Source: Tubulanus polymorphus (taxonomy: Eukaryota > Animalia > Nemertea). From it: 64,000 bases of DNA. The stretch spans positions 9,300,001 through 9,364,000 of the forward strand of contig NC_134025.1 in NCBI RefSeq assembly GCF_964204645.1. The letters are read 5' to 3'. Within the stretch, counting starts at the first letter, position 1, and every line of letters starts with the position of its first letter. Under the pieces are notes generated by a model. The model was given only the letters and a program-made list of their open reading frames with translations. It did not search any database and was not told where the DNA came from. The position numbers were made by a program, and so were the translations under genes. This document shows positions 26,801 through 47,376 of the stretch, piece by piece.

Positions 26801-27558
26801 TTCATCTTTATAGTAGTAAGCTATTGATAGAGCCTGCAAAGTTTTGCCAAGTCCCATCTGAAATGATACCGCAATAACGCACAAAAATCTCCAAGAGAAT
26901 GGTTATGGGAAAATTAATTACAATAATTCACCATGATTTCTTTTATTTATCTTACCTCATCAGCTATCAAACATCTGGGGAAAAAGAACAAATACAAAAT
27001 AACAAGAATTCACATCTATCAACTAACTATCCACTGAAATATGAGTAAAGACTGACAGACAAGAAGATCGGCAGAGAATTATGACAGGATATTGTGCCAA
27101 TGCGGCATTATTCCAGTTACACCATCTTGCCGACAACTCATTCTGATTGGTTACAGGGTAATTTTCAACGTGCATGAGCACTGAGGTACACGACTTACTG
27201 TCAGTAGAAAATTTAAAGAAAGTGTGGAGATCAAAGACTAAAGAGAAAATAGAGCGGACATAGACTGATAGAGAAGTATTTGAACCCTGGGCCAGCACAT
27301 TGCTAGTGCAGCATCACATTCAATCCGTCTTAACATAGGGCACTCAACCTAACCTTAACCCAACATTTTTTCTTAGACCCCAACAAGGCCAAGCAAAACG
27401 CTATCGAAAAATACTTTTTCGATTCTGCCGCCTATTTTTTTTCCTCCTTTTTACCTTCCATGTTTCTCTATCGCGTACACGATTCCGTCCTTCTGAAACT
27501 GCATCAAACGACGCCTCAGATTATCAGGAAGATACTGAAGTTTTGAATCAACATCCAT
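18812..27558 (-). CDS. ZRANB3: DNA annealing helicase and HNH endonuclease ZRANB3 (SNF2 family)
   Basis: Start MDVDSKLQYLPDNLRRRLMQFQKDGI, then CLIADE/MGLGKT, DESH, TGTPALSRP, FAELYWTPG..QCEDRAHRIGQ, a PIP-like LTQITDFF, an SRD-like region, HNH WHVDHI...GGGQCDIDNLRTLCVLCH and a C-terminal APIM-like DLTKFFK. Confidence 0.96.
20862..20928. repeat. (ATT/ATC)n trinucleotide microsatellite
   Basis: Imperfect ATTATTATT/ATCATT tract in a ZRANB3 intron. Confidence 0.9.
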
Positions 27559-29747
27559 ACTGTCTCATGCCGTATCGTATTGCTTCATTGACGTCCTAAT
27601 AAAAGGAATGATGTGTGGTCGGCCGATGGGATGTCAAAATCGGGGACATTTTCTTATTTAGGAGGGCTGTGTGCGTGATAATCGAGTAGGGTCGAATCCT
27701 CCAAGTAGAGGATTTTTTAGGTTTTATTGCCACTATGTCAGATGTTTCCACTTTCCTCAGACGGCTTAATTACTCACTTTCAACAAAGAACTGTCACCCA
27801 CAATGATTGAAGAACAAAAAATAACAACATAGGCCTACATGTATATAATTTATTCTCACTTCAAGAGAGATAGCTTTATCATAAATAAAACATAATTCAT
27901 TTTGAACATTACCCGCCATTTCTCATTTACACCCAACAAAAAAACGGGTTCTTATTTACATTCATCTCGTTCATAAATGGATCCTGCTTGAAAACGTAGA
28001 ACTTCTCTTGTTTTCCGTTGTCCATCCTTTCATATCTCAAAACATATATGAATATTAGTAAAAACAAACTGATACAATATAGTAATGATATCTTAAATAC
28101 ACTTGATGCCCCACGAAAGCTTAAAATTATTCTATATTCATTTAACCACATTGTTACAAACACAGAAGCAATTAATTGAAAAAGGATGAAAAACCAATTT
28201 GCAAATAAAAGTTTACATATCTTTATTTGAAGTAAAGATATTCATTCTCTTATTTCTTGGCGAGTTCGTAATAGTTATTATATTGGGCATAATTAATAGT
28301 TATTATATCGGGACACATACAGGGACTCCCTCACACTCAAGACTTAGCATTTAAATGCCTGGTAAAAATACTAAAGTGAGGGGTACATCGTCACAAGTAA
28401 TTTCATATTGATTTATACACTTAACATAAAAGGGGGTCATTATGTTTGCAGGGTTGCCATTACTGCTGATGAAAAAAATCCCGAAAATATATTCGTAACA
28501 ATTAAGCGAGCACCTCCCCCTAGAGATTTTCTTATTTGAAGCCCTAAAAGAGACGACAATCACACCAAACTTGTGAAAAGTCACTGTGTTTTTGCTGGCG
28601 GCTAAATTTCACAATAAAACTGTTAACATGTAAAATAAATAAACTAAACACATGTATTAGTCTACAGTAGCATCTTAGCAGCGTCAAGGAAAACTGGGCC
28701 AGCGGCTTAGTCATGAAGGTGGTACATTCTAACATAGAACTCAAATCAAATTAGATCTATTGAGTTCAATAATTCTAAGGAGCTGATGTGATGATGTGCA
28801 GGAAGGAATGCATGCGCAAACAACAAAAGCACGTATCAATTGACGAATTTTGATTACGGCACTGAAAATGAATTTCCTCATCCAGAAAATCCGGGTTGGC
28901 AATTTAAAACATTTGAAATTCCGGAGAAATCTGCAGGAGTGGCAACTCTGTTTGTGATGATAGGGAGACATTTTGTAAGAACAATAAATTCATCGATGCA
29001 CAGTATACACAGCTTTCCAGTTTTCCTTTACAGGTTTGGTGGTTGTCAACAACAGAACGCTTTGAATTTGATGAATTAAATTTTCTATTCAGTCCTTTAT
29101 GAAATATCTCAAGAAAATCTGCCCAGTAGTGAACTAAATGAAATACCGGTAGGTACTGATGAATGTAGTACTGCTAGTTACTTCACTTCACACGATTTTA
29201 TGCTGGTCCTCTCAGTACAAGTAGAAAATGAAACCTTTGTACGCACACATACCGTATTCAACGAAATCAGTTTTTAACTCAAGTAGGCTGATATGATTCT
29301 TAGCTAGAATATAACTCAAGTAATAATAATAATGATAATAACAGACTCGGTCAGAAAGGCAGACACTACCTGTTTAAACGTGCTCCGACGTAATATAGCC
29401 CGCGCGAAAACTGAAACACTACTTCAACATGGGAACAGAGTCTGCGATAACAGTTCCATCAGTCGCTTCAAACAGACATAACCGCTTTATTTACACAGCT
29501 ATGTAACTATAACTATTCAGACTGAGAAGAAATTTGCGATGGAAGGATAATTGAAAATGTACACGATACACAAACATCATACATACAAATATGTTAGGTG
29601 ACAAGAGACCCTCCCTTGCGTTGTAAACTTTATCTCATCCATTATCATCACATACTCCGGTACTATCCAAATTCGAACTAACACGCGTTGTCGCTGAGGA
29701 AAAATTTACGCTCAAATCAAAAGTGTATTGGTCATCGATTTCAAGTT

Positions 29748-29784
<37 letters not shown>

Positions 29785-29786
29785 GA
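29748..29786. repeat. (CAG/CTG)n tract in the probable UBE2E 3' UTR
   Basis: About 12 CAG units with one CAA interruption, about 500 bp past the UBE2E stop on the minus strand. Confidence 0.9.
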
Positions 29787-30286
29787 AGATAAATCTGCTC
29801 ACTTATGACTCATAGCGCGATATTCTTTCCGCAAATGAGAATTGAACGAAACGAACGAACGAAAAAAAATCGCAGTTAAGGCTTTCATCGTCCATCGGTG
29901 AATGTTCTTACATAGAACACAGTGTTTCAGTAGAGATAACTATTAATGTTTGCTATGTACAATTGACCCACTGGTGGAAAATATCAGCTGAAGCTTCTTA
30001 TCAATAAATTCAAGTCATCAGAGACGCATGAATAATGTATACATATATACATATATATATGTAATGTATGTATGTAAACAGCATTTTTCTTCCCGTAGTG
30101 ACGAAAAAGGCGTACAACACAATACCTAAATGACAAAATTGTGCCTTTCATAAACAGCAACACTTGTCCGTTCCAGTTCCAGTTCGCGTTATATTATTGT
30201 CTAAAACGATCTCTTCATCAAACGATAGATATATCAATGTATATATTTATTTTCCATACGGCGGCCGAACGCGATGAAGACAGTGG

Positions 30287-34291
<4,005 letters not shown>

Positions 34292-34770
34292 ACTGCCGGT
34301 TTTTGTTTTTGCTCAAAAAACCTTGTATTATAGGCCTATAGATCTGCGTGCGCTCCGGTGTATGTACGCGTCGAGCTAAAAAAAGAATCCGTTGAATCGT
34401 CGCCGCGATGGAATCGATTGCGTTTTATACGATAAAAATGTCGTGTTGGTTTCGATGATTCTTCCGACTATCTCTCGATTGTCCCGCTTTAGCACCTGTA
34501 TCTATACGTGTACACAGATCAACCGATGTACCACCGATACATATACGAATTAATAATCAATCTCGAGTCCTTGTCGTCGTCGTCGACGTCGTGAAGTCCA
34601 AACAAACGAACAGAAGCCACGTGATCAATCCGTTAAGAAGACGGGTATAGCCTGAAACGAAATGACACAGAACGGCTGTTAATATATCTCATGATATCGC
34701 TATATTGCGGTATAATCTATTCCGGTCTTTGTTAGCGAGGTGTTATGCGCTGAACGAAGGACACAGACTG

Positions 34771-34774
<4 letters not shown>

Positions 34775-34837
<63 letters not shown>

Positions 34838-34845
34838 AGAGAAGA
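34775..34845. repeat. (GA)n microsatellite upstream of the UBE2E CDS
   Basis: About 29 perfect AG units followed by a degenerate tail. Confidence 0.95.
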
Positions 34846-37800
34846 GCGCGCACACGTTCCCTCAGATTATTATTACCATCGTACGAGTCAGAGAGCCTCG
34901 CGAACGAGCGCGTTCACAACAACAACATACGGCTTTTAATAATATACACGCAGCGAATAGCCACGCGTAGATCGAACCTGATGGAAACATTGTCGCAGAA
35001 TGTAACGCAGATTTCTCTGAAAATGCCGCACCAGCATATTAGAGTCCGATACCATGAATATTATTTGTGTCGTACATATTGACTAAAACCCGACTGAACG
35101 CGAGATGGTTGTCTACGCGTACACATGCTGACGACGACGGCGACGTTGACCGACTCTAACCGTTCAACTCGCTAATGGAATCCGCAGACAGCTAGATATT
35201 TCCTAGCTACGAATAAAGCCCGCTTAAATCCCGATAATTTGGAAAGAGCACCGAGTTTAAGATTTGAATTACGGTTTTGGAAATTTACAGGCTGTATTCT
35301 CAAAAAACAAATGGATGATGTCAGTAATGTATTTCGAAATCGAAGTGAAAATAGTGAACTTGATGATCAACAAAAGAACTAACTTGAAAGTTCATTGTTG
35401 CCTTGAAAAATAGCGCATTAATTGCTAAATATGGTTGACAAATGATATAATATAAATCATAATTATGATATCTAAGGATCGATAGTCGTTTTGAATTTTA
35501 GTGTCGATAATTAAATTAAATTGACCAGCAACCACTCTAGCCCCCGATATATCGATGGCGTAGAGCACATCTTCTCGAAAATGATTATGAAAATTGCACA
35601 TCCTCTCAAAAATTATCAAACATAGAATAAGAATTAAATCTATTCAATTAGAAAATAAACGCCAAAATTTACAATTGTAATTGTTATTTTGAAACTTCAA
35701 TATTGATGACGCAGTGCACATCGAGTCACGCAGAAACCCTTAGGCCTCTATATTGCATACTTATCGATGTATATAAACATTGTTGTAATGGTTCTTACTA
35801 ATAAAAAAACAAATACACAATTTCTGGATGTCAGTACTGCATATAGATCAAAGTCAAAGTGAAAATAGTGAACTTGACGATCAAAAAACTAATAATTGAT
35901 ACTGACCGCTGAAGTTAGATTATTGAAAACAAAAAAAGAGAAATACTGAAACTGTTTTAGAAAGACCGGATAGCGGTTGACGACACTCCAGAATTGGTAA
36001 CTGTCAACGTAACCGATCAAAATCCAGAATAGATAAAGAAATAACAAAATCAGTTCGGACTAATCGACTTGAACAAAAAATAATCGCGATGCATTTAGAG
36101 CTATAACCACGAAAAGGTGACATTTTGATTCGTTTGAAATTTCATGTCAAACTAGAATGATGATTCACTAATATGGAAGTTCAACATGAGAGAAATTAAC
36201 ACGCAATATTAACACTTGCCATGCGTGTGTATGTCGTAGTTATGGTTATTTCAAAATTGTATACGAATGACCTATTATCAGCTCTGAAAGTCACATGGAA
36301 TATCAAAATCTTAGGAAGTAATATCTCTTATCTAAATGACACTCATTCATTCGAATCAGATAGAAAAATTCCCGGAAATCGATTTCAAATTTGTATGACT
36401 TCGTAGAACTATAGGAAGGATAATGGTTTTTTAAGCTATTAAGTAGCCGTGTATTTATGATATACAGAAAATGGTCAATGGCTTGTCAAACTGCTATACA
36501 TGTGACCGGCTTGCATGGGAAATGATAAAATAATCAAATTTACAGCGCAGACAAAAGTCAGAAATATGTCATGCATGGACAGCAGAAATTAACAGAAAAC
36601 TAAAAGGTACAAAAGCCCAGATCTAAATGACCTCATTAATCACAGTAAACTGTAATCAAAAAGGCCCATAAATAGATAAGTAGGACTGTCTACGATGAAA
36701 AAAAAACTGAATATCTTTTCTGGAAGAGATTAATAGACATCCATATCAAAAAGGGACGATGCCAATCCAATGCTTACACAAAGCAGTCGCCAGATAACTT
36801 GGGAATTAAACTATTGGAACCCCAGAACCAATTTCAATTACATGACAAAGGTCTATATAACCGGATCAAATTTCTGTAATAGGCTGATGTTTCCAAGTTA
36901 AAAGGTTAAAATACTACATATTTTTCAATCTACAAAAGTAAAAATGGTCCTACGTAGGTCTACATATTTCCAAATGTGCTGTAAGTAAATTCAATCTTAA
37001 TTCAAACTCATCAAGGACAAAAACGATGTAATTATCAAACTATTAATGAGCCTAATCATAGTTTAGTGAAATGTTAACCAGCGTATATCCATTGGCAAAA
37101 TTACAAAAATATATGTTAGGCCTAGGCTATTTATACCTTGATTACAAATATAATCCTTGGTCTAGGCCTATAGTGAATCAAGGCTAAGAGCGGAGCTTTA
37201 CTAATTTTCTAATCTAAATTACCCAGCACCCATGAATCAACTCCTTAAGAATCCAAGCTTCATTGAAATTCATTTCACATTTAACAAGATTTGTCATTCT
37301 TAGAATTGAAGCCATCCAAATTAACCCAACAACCTACAAGGATATCCCCCTAAATTTTGAAAGTTGCCTCAAAATTTCAGCTTGAAAAATTCCAGATTGA
37401 CTTAGGCCTATACAAAATTGACAATTTTCAAGAACCTACATGCATTTTTCTCCCAGAAGCCTGGAAAATGTCTTTGCTGCTTAGTGAAGGTCTATAAGCA
37501 GACATTTTCTAGGTTTCTGAGAAAAAATAACCATATCTCAGACAGCCATAACTGATAAGATAATTGGATTGGTCAAATCAATGAGACTCTCTGCCCCGGT
37601 GTATTTCATGGTGCCACTATGGAGGGTCACTCTCTTCCAACAAATGATTCACGGCAAATTTCAAAATAAGGTACGGTACTGACAGTGATTTGAGCACATA
37701 CTTTTGATTTGAGCACATACTTTTCTTCATGTCAGGTTTGATCGGCCAATAGCCAAGGGCAGATATACTGAAAAATACTGAAAAGGGCAAGTCGATAACC

Positions 37801-39728
37801 ATGCAGCCAAAAGGGTCAGAACAATTTAGAAATTTCAGTGCATTTCCATATAATTTCTAAGCATCCGAGGGCCATTTCAGGAAATATAACTTATAAGCTA
37901 AATCTTGTATAGTGGACTGCTGGGTGGAAAAAATGTCCTGAAAATACTGCCCTCTTTTTTTTAAGGGCATAGAAAAATTGCATGCAGTGCCCTTGTACTT
38001 TTGCTCCAGTCTGGATCGACCCGCTGTAGCCAGCATAAATAAAGTGTTGATATTTAACATCATGAATCAGTGATTACTACAAGAATCATTCAAAAGGAAA
38101 TACCAGCAGGGTAAAATATTATCAACACACAAGAGCCGAGACCAGTCGTCGTCATATCACGAAATCTGAGGCTCAATTACGCCCTGAAAATATCACAAAT
38201 GGTTCGCTACCAGAGTGCTTAACAAAATCTAGTACTTACAAACGAGTGTAAGCGGGAATTATCGTCTTCAGACAAGTCAAAAATAAGTCTCCTTCGGTTG
38301 GAATATTGAACTGATCACTTATTACTTCTCATTTCATCCTTCGCGTTGTTGAAGATCAATTACTTCCTGGAACCTTGGAGCTATTCGCTTCGACGGCGCC
38401 CTCCCTCTTGCAGGTGCAATTATTTCGTAAGATATCGAATGACAATAGGTGTTTGCGCGTGTTTGCATTCTAGATGTTGTTTTGTACGAGGTAATTAATA
38501 ATTCTAATTATTGATTAATACGTGCATAGGCGTAATTGAGTGCAAATAGAATACATGAAATCATTGCTCGACGGGTTTTCATCGTTTCCAGGAAGAGCTG
38601 AATTACTCGGCACCTTGCATTATTGGAAGGGGTTGTAGGTTGTGTCGTAATGCGAATGGAATCGCCTCGTCAGTAGAGTCGAGCGCGTCTCCGATACTTC
38701 GCCGCGGTTTTTGCCTACTAATAATTCAAGAAGAATTTTAAAAAAAGGATCTTCAAAATTCATTCATTTGAGTTGCGACGACAATTTCTTACATATTATA
38801 GTAATTGAATTAGAAACTTCACACACGGCAATACAAGCATTAGAGAATTGATACAAATTAATAAAAGATTACTGAATTAGTCCGTAAAAAGAAATTCTGA
38901 ATTTTATACTATAAATTATGATATAAGTATAAAGAAGGTTTCGATTGAACAGGAATATGATTTCGGGATAAAGGTTGGTAAAATAAACACGCCAGAAGAA
39001 ATTCCGCGGAATCGGTAGCGAACATAAAACTGCCCTCGTAATCACGCATCATTACTATCATATAAATAGCACTTCTCGTTCAAAAACTCGAAAAAAACGG
39101 TACATCGGGGGACAATAGAAATTTGATAATAATGGATGTGGCCAGGGAGCCACTGTTTTCTGAACAATCAAATTCAAAAGAAGATCAAGATCACAAAATA
39201 TTTCATTTCAAAGGAACCGTTCCTATTTTCTAATTCATTCTGACGGGATTCGAACCCGGGTTTTCTATTGATTCCATGTCCTGCGGCCTAGATAATGTCG
39301 ACGAAGACTGGTAGGGGGCGCGGTAGTGAGCTGAGCTGGAACTAGAATTCAAAAAGGTTAGCAAATAATCTTTTTATCAAACTAATTAAGCATTGATGAT
39401 AAAACTTATCGCGGTAAAAGTTTCACATGTTTGTGTTTAGTTTCTGTTCATTTACAATATAACGTTAAAACAAGCAATACACGAATGATAACACTTTCTT
39501 TTACAATTCATTATAGTCTGTGTAACTTCCGTTTAATTGGTTTTTTGGTTTTGTAGTTATAAGTTGCTATTTTTATGAAACTACATAGTTTATACCAATC
39601 GAATTGTAGTAATCAGCATTGATATAGCTTAACATACATCTCTGGAAAAAGTTTATCCAGGCCAAGGCTGTGCGTAGTATTTTTTTAAAGAAATTAAAAT
39701 AGTTGAAATATACTTTTTTGATTTTTAG

Positions 39729-45277
<5,549 letters not shown>

Positions 45278-46380
45278 TTTATGAACGATCAATCTATGCA
45301 GCAGTTGTTTGACAGCTATCGGACGCGATGAATACGTTACTCGGTATTTTGTTTTCGATTATAATGTCATCGTATCATGAGTCATCGTCATCATTCATTA
45401 AAAAGTTGTTCGCGTAATTTTAGCTATATTGTTACGACCCGTGCATTGTTTTATGATATACTGCTGTACGTGAAAAGTAAAACAGCCATCGACTCTTCAG
45501 CCGCCAACGTCTTTCAGGTTGACTCTACCATTTCATCACCACCTCAGCAGCTACCGTACATTGACTCGTTGTTGTTGTTGTTATTAGGAAAGAAATTCAA
45601 TTTCTTCGTGTTGATTTCAGGAATATTGTATTTATGAGCTAAATTGTTATCGAAGAGAAATGAATAATCAGCTATAATCGGCTAGTTATGACTACTACTT
45701 ATATGTAAGACCAAAACTTAAGACTTAACATAAAGACTTAGTCCCTATGAAATTTCGAGGAACTGTTCATGAAGTATCGTAAATTTTCTATAGTCTACCC
45801 GCCCGACGTTTTAGGCATTATGTACATAGAAGTTTTAAATCCTTCCCCTTGGTTGCGTATGTTGTGAACAGTTACCTTGCATTAGGGTCATTTATTAAAA
45901 TATTGCCCTTCCACGTGTTTTTAAGCATTATGTACATAGGAACATGGCTATTTCTTAGTTGTGAAGTGATTTTATAAAGGACCCCTTGAAATGCATGATA
46001 CCGCGTTGATGAATGCCTGATTGCATCAGATTATTGCATTTAATAATAGTTTCTGTTGGAGTTTACTGCATAAATTATGTGAATCTTATTAAAATAGTGT
46101 AATAAACGATCTGGTTAATATGTATATAAGATTAAGTCATTTTTGTGTGTATATAAATTGTTATGTATTTAACGGAGCAAACAAGAAACAGGTATAAACT
46201 ACACGTCGTTTGAAAACCCACTTAATTCAGATCATTTCGGAAAATAGAAATTTATCATTTATATACGAGTTCTATTCAACATTTAAGTGAGCTTTTTACA
46301 AAAAAATCTGAATAAAATAATCCAGATAAAGTGGGCATTACAAATAATTCAAAACAGAAATAACTAATTTATACGATTAA

Positions 46381-47078
46381 TTAATGGTCAGATTTTTGGG
46401 GATCAGATGGAAGAACTACTTCTGCATGTTCGTCTTGCCACTGTCTAAACTTATCACTGCTAAACTCTTCGTAAAGTTTGTCTCGTTTGTTTTTCGATTT
46501 TTCAACTTCCCGATTCATCCTTCAAAAGTTAGAAGATAACATGTTGTAAACCAGGGGCTACTTGACATTTCATTCACGTGTCAATATCATTATTATCAAT
46601 CATTCTGTCAAACTGGTTCCTATTAAATGTTGTTTTAGCCTCCAGAAAATTGAGTCTTACCTTTGTGTTTCCCCTAATGCACGTTCAAAGAATGATTGAG
46701 TTCGTTCGGCATCGACTTCATCGCTCTCATTTTCCCGCTATTTTTGTAATTAGAAGAAAAAACTGTCAACTAAATTGAAATCAGTGGTTGGGATTCGAAC
46801 CCACTCGGTAGCCATTAGCAGGTTTGCCACGTGCTTTCATTTCCGGGTTTCCCGAGATTGTTTACATATATCGCGCATGCGTGCGGAATTGCCTAGTTGT
46901 AAAAAATCACGATTCTTACCATTTGACGAGCGTATTCCGATACAATAAACCCCTGAAAGTTGTCAGTACTGTTCGGATCATTGTTTGAGTACGTTACTCC
47001 GCTTCGATCGGTCGATGATGGCAAATGATGATCATTTTTCGACCCATTTTCGGAACCGGGCATCCTGTCGGCCGCCAT
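46381..47078 (-). CDS. Unrecognised 124-aa protein, 3 exons, possible coiled coil
   Basis: Exons 47078-46920, 46737-46661 and 46519-46381 have GTAAG donors and AG acceptors with consistent phases (0, 2) and good start context AAATGGCG. Product: MAADRMPG...SEYARQM/RENESDEVDAERTQSFFERALGETQR/MNREVEKSKNKRDKLYEEF...KSDH. Confidence 0.72.
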
Positions 47079-47246
47079 TTGTAAACAAAACAATACCGTT
47101 CATCCCGCAGTCATTGTTAACTGAAAATAAATTATCGTTATTTATCTCAAATGCCGACGTGGCAAGCTGATAAAATGTAGATTAATAATTTTTTTCGAAG
47201 TTTTTACTCAAATTAAGATAGACGTGTAGTTAATTGTGTTACTGCT

Positions 47247-47259
47247 GTTGCTATGCGAC
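47247..47259 (+). promoter_or_regulatory. Candidate RFX X-box upstream of TTC25 exon 1a
   Basis: GTTGCTATGCGAC about 120 bp before the ATG. X-boxes typify ciliary gene promoters. A second candidate, GTTGCTATAGAGAA, lies at 49185 before exon 1b. Confidence 0.5.
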
Positions 47260-47376
47260 GTACTCGCACTTGCTACAACAACTATACCAGGAAGTAGCCT
47301 AGGCTATATAGCTACAGTGTCATTACAGTACTAAACAAACAGCAAATTTGGCTCTCGTTCTGCTTCTAAATTCGAG

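Noticed and set aside
34705-35082. ORFs with (RE)n peptides
   Set aside because: Artefacts of the (GA)n tract, with no splice or homology support.
35315-35895. Diverged direct repeat of about 65 bp (GATGTCAGTA...AGTGAAAATAGTGAACTTGA) about 510 bp apart
   Set aside because: No LTR hallmarks (TG..CA, PBS, PPT). Likely an old local duplication.
39240-39320. tRNA-like B-box (GGTTCGAATCCC on the minus strand); similar boxes at about 7960, 27690, 46790 and 56618
   Set aside because: No complete cloverleaf could be folded. These are more likely tRNA-derived SINE fragments than tRNA genes.
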